DNA from: Marispirochaeta sp.
GTDB lineage: Bacteria; Spirochaetota; Spirochaetia; JC444; Marispirochaetaceae
DNA: 64,000 bases
Assembly: GCA_963676835.2 (NCBI GenBank)
Contig: CAXXFF010000003.1
Coordinates: 480,001-544,000, forward strand
Direction of reading: 5' to 3'
Of the stretch, positions 58,327 through 64,000 are shown in pieces. The notes under the pieces were generated by a model. It searched no databases, was not told where the DNA came from, and was given only the letters and a program-made list of their open reading frames with translations. The translations under genes and the position numbers were made by a program. Position 1 is the first letter of the stretch. Each line of letters opens with the position of its first letter.

Positions 58327-61314
58327 ATGATACAACACCACAGGTTAGCAGTGGTAATTCTTTTAATTCTGCCCTTTCAGTTTCTTTCAGCCCAGAATTT
58401 TAATACTGATATCAGAAAAGCAGCTGAAAATGATCTATTCAGGGGAGACCTTCTTGCTGAAGATCTTAAGACTGTGAGGAATCAAACCTGGGAGGAGGTA
58501 TCATTATCTCTTCTGGTTCAGGATGTGGAAGCGGAAGCAAAGGCAGCCGGACTGGAATCGTTCAGTCTGAATATTTCAAATAATTCAATTAATATTATAT
58601 ACCGGGATATTCGATTCCTGCCGAACTCCGCGGAACTTACGCCGGAGACGAGAGAAAAGATAAGCAGTCTAACCCGTATTTTGAATCGTTTTTCCCGGAT
58701 GAGCCTTCTGGTTAAAGGACATACAGCAAAGCTGTCGCCGGAAGATACCGATGACGGACTGCTGCTCTCCGAACAGAGGGCGCAGTCGGTTGCAGGTTCG
58801 ATTGCAGCTTCAGGATTTTTCAGTGCCGAACAGATAGAATCAGTCGGCAAGGGGTTCTATGAACCGGTAGCGGACAACTCAACTTCTGAGGGCAGAGCTC
58901 TTAACCGCCGTGTAGAGATATCCATTGTGGGCTCCATGAATCAGAATGCCGATGAGAGTATGGTCTGGTGGAATTTCCTGAGCGAATCAATGCACCCCGG
59001 TTATACGGCATATCTCGTACACCATAACAAGCTTGAAGAAGTAAAAACAGCGGCAGATTCATCGGGAATAGCCGGTCTTACTTTCGCAGAAACTCCTGCC
59101 GGTATAGGTATTCTGGATGATTCAATCTCATTTCAGGGGGATGGAGCACCCGACTCAGCAAGCCTTGAGCGGATGCAGAACCTCGCAAAGGTTCTGTCTC
59201 TGGTTGATTCCGAAGCAGAGGCCAGAATAGGCGGATACGGATCGGAACTGCCTGCAGAAAAGATAGAAGAACAGCTCTTTCTTACGGCTTATACACTTGG
59301 TGTAATCGCCGGATTAAAGAGTGATAATATTATCTACGGTTCCGCTCCGTATACGCTTCACAAAGCGACAGCCGAGCTCGCATCCTGCAGTATCTCAACA
59401 CCGGACGGAACCCCTGTTGTAATAAATAGTACAGGAGAGTCCTACTTCGCCGTTGTTCCCTTTTCTGTGAATTCAATAGCAATCGATTTCACCCCGGCCG
59501 ACACGGCGGCGCTTATTTCAGGCCTCCCGGAAGGCTATTTTGAGCTTGTTCCGGGGATTAATGAAATATCGGTAAAGGCAGAATCTTCCGCCGGGTCCCG
59601 AAAAATCTCAAAGAAATACAGCCTGTCGGTGCAGAGACAGAAGGCTGAGCCGCTGGCCTTATCCCTGGCAGCAAACGATATGCCCCTGTCAATCAGTCCG
59701 GATTTTTCTGCGGATATTAAACTTTACTCCGCACATATTCCCGTAGAAACTGCCAATGTCGAAGTTTCGCTTTCATTATTACCCGAGGATCGTGCTGCCG
59801 GTGCGGTGACAGATATTGTGAAGGAATATGAGGAAGAGCTTGCATTCGGAAAAAATACCATTATGCTTGTTCTTTCTGACGGTTATTCTGAAGATGATAT
59901 CTACACCATTGAGGTATACCGGCAGGCACCGGCTGCAACAAGCCTTGCACAGGTTTCGGCAGTATCTGACCAGGGCGGTTCTATCGAACTTATACCGGAG
60001 TTCAGCCCGGATATTTTTTCCTACCGCGCCTTTGTTCCCTATCTGGTAGAGTCTGTTTCGATAGATCTTGTTCCTGCGGATACATATACTGTACTGGAGG
60101 CTGATCATGCGGAATATCAGTTGTCCGTGGGAAAAAATGAACTGGCAACAATTGTTACCGACCAGCTCGGCAGCTCATTCACTGAATATAAATTGCTAAT
60201 CGAACGTGCTGCACCTGCGGTAACAACACTTGATAATGTGTCAGTTCTATCCTCCGACGGCAGTAATATTGAGCTAATCCCCGCGTTCAGCCCCAATGTA
60301 ACATCATACCGCGCTGTGGTTCCCTATTCGGCAGAATCCGTTACCATAGATCTTGTTCCGACCGATAATGACGCCCTGTTACAAACCGATCATGCCGAGG
60401 TTCCGATATCGGTGGGAGATAATGAGTTTGCAACCCTTATTACAGACCAGTCGGGCAATTCCGCAGCAGAATATAAGTTAGTAATTGAGCGTTCGGCACC
60501 GGCTCTTTCCAGACTGGAAATTACGGGGAAAGGTCAGGAAGGAAAAATCTTCATGGTTCCGGATTTCAATCCTGAAGTTACCAGGTACAACGTGTTGGTA
60601 CCATACTCCGTAAACAGTGTCGAACTTGCCGCAGCCCTTGGTGAAAACGACCGTAAAGCCGGTGCTTCAATGGAAGTACTGCCTGACAACGGTAAAGAGC
60701 TGCCTGTCGGAACATGCGAAAAAATTGTACGTATACAATACGCCGACGGAAAATCTCTTGACTATCTGGTTGAGGTTACCCGCGAAGAAAAACAGGAGAT
60801 CACATTTGATATTTTCGGAATAAGTCTGCTGCCTGAATGGTATGTGACTCCGTCGCTTTCATTCTATACAGGCGGCGCGGGTTTCAAGCTTAACGGGGGC
60901 ATGACTGTAAGAGTTTCAGAAGAATCCGATGTTGATGACCGTTTACTGCCCTTACGGGTTGGACTTGGCGCCCATGTTCATACCGGAGCCGGAAATTATC
61001 TGACCATTCTTTCCGGCGGTCTCTATCTTAGCGGAGAATACATCTTCAGTACCGAAAGCTTTCTTCCGTCTGACTGGTATTTCCCCAGAAGCATAATTCC
61101 AAGAGTGGAGACGGGGTTTGCGTATTATGGAATAGATTATACCGAGGGCATTTATCACGAAGGTCCGGCATTCTATCTTTCTCCCGCGGTGAGAACTGAT
61201 TTTGTTCTTCCCCTACTGAAAGAGATGACATTCGGCCTGGATATTTCCTACACGGCCTATATCAGTTCACTGCCAATAACCTACCTCAGCCTCGGCGTTA
61301 ATGTCGGCAGGTAA
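58327..61314 (+). CDS. OmpA-like PG-binding domain + cadherin-like beta-sandwich repeats + C-terminal beta-barrel-like domain
   Basis: Signal peptide; IRFLPNSAEL, GHTA, LSEQRA, NRRVEI; 95-aa repeats (LIP.FSP....Y.A.VPY..ESV); aromatic alternating strands at the end. Confidence 0.8.
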   Translation: MIQHHRLAVVILLILPFQFLSAQNFNTDIRKAAENDLFRGDLLAEDLKTVRNQTWEEVSLSLLVQDVEAEAKAAGLESFSLNISNNSINIIYRDIRFLPNSAELTPETREKISSLTRILNRFSRMSLLVKGHTAKLSPEDTDDGLLLSEQRAQSVAGSIAASGFFSAEQIESVGKGFYEPVADNSTSEGRALNRRVEISIVGSMNQNADESMVWWNFLSESMHPGYTAYLVHHNKLEEVKTAADSSGIAGLTFAETPAGIGILDDSISFQGDGAPDSASLERMQNLAKVLSLVDSEAEARIGGYGSELPAEKIEEQLFLTAYTLGVIAGLKSDNIIYGSAPYTLHKATAELASCSISTPDGTPVVINSTGESYFAVVPFSVNSIAIDFTPADTAALISGLPEGYFELVPGINEISVKAESSAGSRKISKKYSLSVQRQKAEPLALSLAANDMPLSISPDFSADIKLYSAHIPVETANVEVSLSLLPEDRAAGAVTDIVKEYEEELAFGKNTIMLVLSDGYSEDDIYTIEVYRQAPAATSLAQVSAVSDQGGSIELIPEFSPDIFSYRAFVPYLVESVSIDLVPADTYTVLEADHAEYQLSVGKNELATIVTDQLGSSFTEYKLLIERAAPAVTTLDNVSVLSSDGSNIELIPAFSPNVTSYRAVVPYSAESVTIDLVPTDNDALLQTDHAEVPISVGDNEFATLITDQSGNSAAEYKLVIERSAPALSRLEITGKGQEGKIFMVPDFNPEVTRYNVLVPYSVNSVELAAALGENDRKAGASMEVLPDNGKELPVGTCEKIVRIQYADGKSLDYLVEVTREEKQEITFDIFGISLLPEWYVTPSLSFYTGGAGFKLNGGMTVRVSEESDVDDRLLPLRVGLGAHVHTGAGNYLTILSGGLYLSGEYIFSTESFLPSDWYFPRSIIPRVETGFAYYGIDYTEGIYHEGPAFYLSPAVRTDFVLPLLKEMTFGLDISYTAYISSLPITYLSLGVNVGR

Positions 61315-61323
61315 GGAGTAAAA

Positions 61324-63393
61324 ATGATGAATAAGAGATTTCTACAATCTGCAATTGCAGTGGCAATTATAATAATTCTTGCTGTTTCAGGATGTTCTGA
61401 TCTCAGCAGTCTTGCCACAGATGCTGAGAATGCCTTTAACGATGATGCTGTAAGCAGCGATGCCGAAAATCTTACGGTCTCAAGCATTACCTATGCCCCC
61501 GGCGATTCAGCAGCTTCCGTTACCGCTGATTTTCAGGTACCTGTAAGCGGCGACAGCGGCACGACTATTACATGGACTTCTTCGGATCCTGCAGTGGTTG
61601 CCATAGCAGCTGACGGAAGTACTACGGTTTCCCGGCCTTCGGGTTCAAACGCTACTGTCACACTGACGGCCACAATAACAAAAGGTGATTCAACATATAC
61701 CAAAACAATTACTGTCATTGTTCTGGCAGCCGATGTTGTAAATCATGCCATAACCTTTAATGCCAATGGAGGCAGCGGCAGCATGAGTAACCAGACTGTT
61801 GCAGAAGGTGCAACTGCCAATCTCAATGCCAATACCTTCACATATTCCGGCCATACCTTCAGCGGTTGGGCAACCTCATCGGGAGGAAGCGTGGTGTATG
61901 CCGACGGCGCAAGCTTTACAATGGGCGGCTCCGATGTAACACTGTATGCAGTCTGGTCAGCAATCACCCACACCATAACCTTTAATGCCAACGGCGGAAG
62001 CGGCAGCATGAGTAATCAGACAATCGAAGAAGGTGCAACTGCCAGCCTCAATGCCAATACCTACACATATTCCGGCCATACCTTCAGCGGCTGGGCAACC
62101 TCATCGGGAGGAAGCGTGGTGTATGCAGACGGCGCAAGCTTTACCATGGGCGGCTCCGATGTAACGCTGTATGCTGTCTGGGCAGCAATTACCCACACCA
62201 TAACCTTTAATGCCAACGGCGGAAGCGGCAGCATGAGTAATCAGACAATCGAAGAAGGTGCAACTGCCAGCCTCACCACCAACGCCTTTACCTATGCTGA
62301 TCATACCTTCAGCGGATGGGCAACCTCATCGGGAGGAAATGTGGTATATGCCGACGGAGCTGACTATACAATGGGAACTGCAGATGCTGTTCTTTATGCC
62401 GTGTGGCGCGCTGATGTTACAATCAGTTCTATTACTCCTGACGGAGAATCATCTGCATCATCGGATTCCGACATCGTAATAGTATTTACGGGAAGTCTTG
62501 ATGGAACCACAATAGGAACAGTGAGTTTTGCATCACCGGCTGTCACTTATACAGACGGGGACAATGCCTCAATAACATTCGGCACCACAAACACAGTAAA
62601 TGATACGGTTACAGTTAACCCGACAGAGAATCTTCAGCAGACAAACTACACGTCCATAACTGTTTCCGGGTTCAAGGACAGCTACTCAGAAGATGTTACC
62701 TGCACTGAATCTGCTTTTTACTTCCCCGTTAGAGGTGCCATGGATCTGTACTTTCCCTTTACTAACGGTTCACTGACAGATGCAAGCGGAAGGGGTGTTT
62801 TATTAGTACCAACCGGAGGTCCGACATTAACTACAGGACATGACGGAAGCGCCGATGGCGCCTACAGCTTCGACGGTACAAACGACTACATGCAGGTTAA
62901 TGGAGATTTAGGCATAGACTGTGATGCCGATTTTACCATCAGCGCATGGATTTATCTTACCGCCATCGCGAACTACAGAGCCATCGTTTCAAATTACCAC
63001 ACCACGGGAGCAAACGGCTTAATGTTCAGGGTCAACTCCAATTGGGCCGGCCACACGAATGCTTTGGACTTGTCGGAAGGTTATTCGAATAATGGAGCAT
63101 TGAGTACAGGAACCTGGCTCCATGTGGTTGGCGTATATACTGAAACAACCCGAACAGTACAATTTTATGTGAACGGGGTTGATAGTGGTTCTGATTCGAC
63201 TGGCTACAATATTGTAGATCCGTTGCTGTCTGATTCAAGAAATAAATTCGCCATTGGTGCTGATTACCTTATCGGCGGCGCAAGATATTTTCCCGGAACA
63301 ATCGATGAAGTCAGGTTTTACAAATACGCCTTGACATCAACCGAAGTAGGCAATCTATACCGCAACGAAGATATCAATGACAATACTCCATAA
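61324..63393 (+). CDS. Surface lipoprotein: Ig-like + 3 InlB B-repeats + Ig-like + LamG domain
   Basis: VSGC lipobox; ITWTSSDPAVV...VTLTATI; ITFNANGG...GHTFSGW...TLYAVW x3; FDGTNDY, FTISAWI, WLHVV, FYVNG, GTIDEVRFY. Confidence 0.88.
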   Translation: MMNKRFLQSAIAVAIIIILAVSGCSDLSSLATDAENAFNDDAVSSDAENLTVSSITYAPGDSAASVTADFQVPVSGDSGTTITWTSSDPAVVAIAADGSTTVSRPSGSNATVTLTATITKGDSTYTKTITVIVLAADVVNHAITFNANGGSGSMSNQTVAEGATANLNANTFTYSGHTFSGWATSSGGSVVYADGASFTMGGSDVTLYAVWSAITHTITFNANGGSGSMSNQTIEEGATASLNANTYTYSGHTFSGWATSSGGSVVYADGASFTMGGSDVTLYAVWAAITHTITFNANGGSGSMSNQTIEEGATASLTTNAFTYADHTFSGWATSSGGNVVYADGADYTMGTADAVLYAVWRADVTISSITPDGESSASSDSDIVIVFTGSLDGTTIGTVSFASPAVTYTDGDNASITFGTTNTVNDTVTVNPTENLQQTNYTSITVSGFKDSYSEDVTCTESAFYFPVRGAMDLYFPFTNGSLTDASGRGVLLVPTGGPTLTTGHDGSADGAYSFDGTNDYMQVNGDLGIDCDADFTISAWIYLTAIANYRAIVSNYHTTGANGLMFRVNSNWAGHTNALDLSEGYSNNGALSTGTWLHVVGVYTETTRTVQFYVNGVDSGSDSTGYNIVDPLLSDSRNKFAIGADYLIGGARYFPGTIDEVRFYKYALTSTEVGNLYRNEDINDNTP
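61748..62406 (+). repeat. Three 225-bp tandem coding repeats
   Basis: CCATAACCTTTAATGCCAA recurs at 61748, 61973 and 62198. Confidence 0.92.
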
Positions 63394-63406
63394 TAATATC
63401 TGAAGC

Positions 63407-63438
63407 GGAAGGGGCAGCAGCCCCTTCCCTCATTTTTT
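63407..63438 (+). terminator. Intrinsic terminator
   Basis: GGAAGGGGC-AGCA-GCCCCTTCC then TTTTTT. Confidence 0.7.
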
Positions 63439-63495
63439 AACTGAACATGCAACTGGCAGATCACTAAGTTCTGCACTATACTTCTGGAAGTGAAA

Positions 63496-64000
63496 ATGAC
63501 CAAGGTTTTTCTTGTTGACGATCATAAAATACTGCTCTCGGGGATTAAAATAATTATAGAGTCTCTGCCGGATTTTTCAGTTATGGGTGAGGCTTATGAC
63601 GGACTGACCGCCGTAAAAGAGATTACACGCCTGGAACCGGATATCTGCGTTGTAGATCTGTCCATTCCCAGGCTGAACGGTTTCGGCGTAGCTCAGAAGC
63701 TGCAGGAGAGCCGTATTGATTCAAAGATAATCCTCTTAACCTCTTTTGTAGACGACTCCCTGGTATCCCGTGCGCTGCAGTACAGAATTGCAGGATATAT
63801 CCTTAAAGAAGACAACACGGACGAGCTGAAGCGGGCTCTTATTGAGGTCCGCGACGGCAACCGGTATTTCTGCCCGAGCGTTATGACAAAAATGATAAAT
63901 AAAATTGAGAAGCTTGAAGGAAGCTCTGAAGTAATACCTCAGACAGCAATGGTGAACTCACTCTCTCCAAGAGAAACTGATGTCCTTATGCTGGTTGCAA
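63496..64000 (+). CDS. NarL/LuxR family response regulator (truncated by window end)
   Basis: MTKVFLVDDH...PDICVVDLSIPRLNG...LTSF...GYILK...LSPRETDVL. Confidence 0.9.
   Translation, partial: MTKVFLVDDHKILLSGIKIIIESLPDFSVMGEAYDGLTAVKEITRLEPDICVVDLSIPRLNGFGVAQKLQESRIDSKIILLTSFVDDSLVSRALQYRIAGYILKEDNTDELKRALIEVRDGNRYFCPSVMTKMINKIEKLEGSSEVIPQTAMVNSLSPRETDVLMLVA

Overview
Gene-dense bacterial chromosomal window, most likely from a free-living Spirochaetia member (inferred from the class I lysyl-tRNA synthetase, many lipoproteins, PEGA/CsgG-like secreted proteins and a 'LFAGGSQD' solute-binding-protein signal). The first ~40 kb mixes housekeeping and transport genes (lysS, rlpA, cheD, azlCD, cation:proton antiporter, pgmB, RND pair, TPR protein) with accessory secreted proteins. 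These include a WD40-caspase-FGE lipoprotein and a convergent five-gene cluster at 19.9-27.3 kb encoding apparently exported AMMECR1 and Memo homologues with a DUF3160 lipoprotein but no radical SAM partner, which is the best candidate for an undescribed system. A tRNA(CAT), probably Ile2, at 40.7 kb is followed by a small tRNA-derived inverted element and an islet containing an IS21 with a frameshifted istA, a MITE and hypothetical genes. After that come an AraC/URO-D-like/TRAP/ulaG catabolic locus, an OmpA-cadherin-barrel gene paired with an InlB-repeat/LamG lipoprotein gene, and a truncated NarL-type regulator. Features missing from the ORF track include an internally deleted hicA, two MITE copies with 4-bp target duplications, a DUF4291 gene stub, shared GntR operators and several probable leaderless promoters. 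All family assignments come from motif recognition by eye; no database searches were run.
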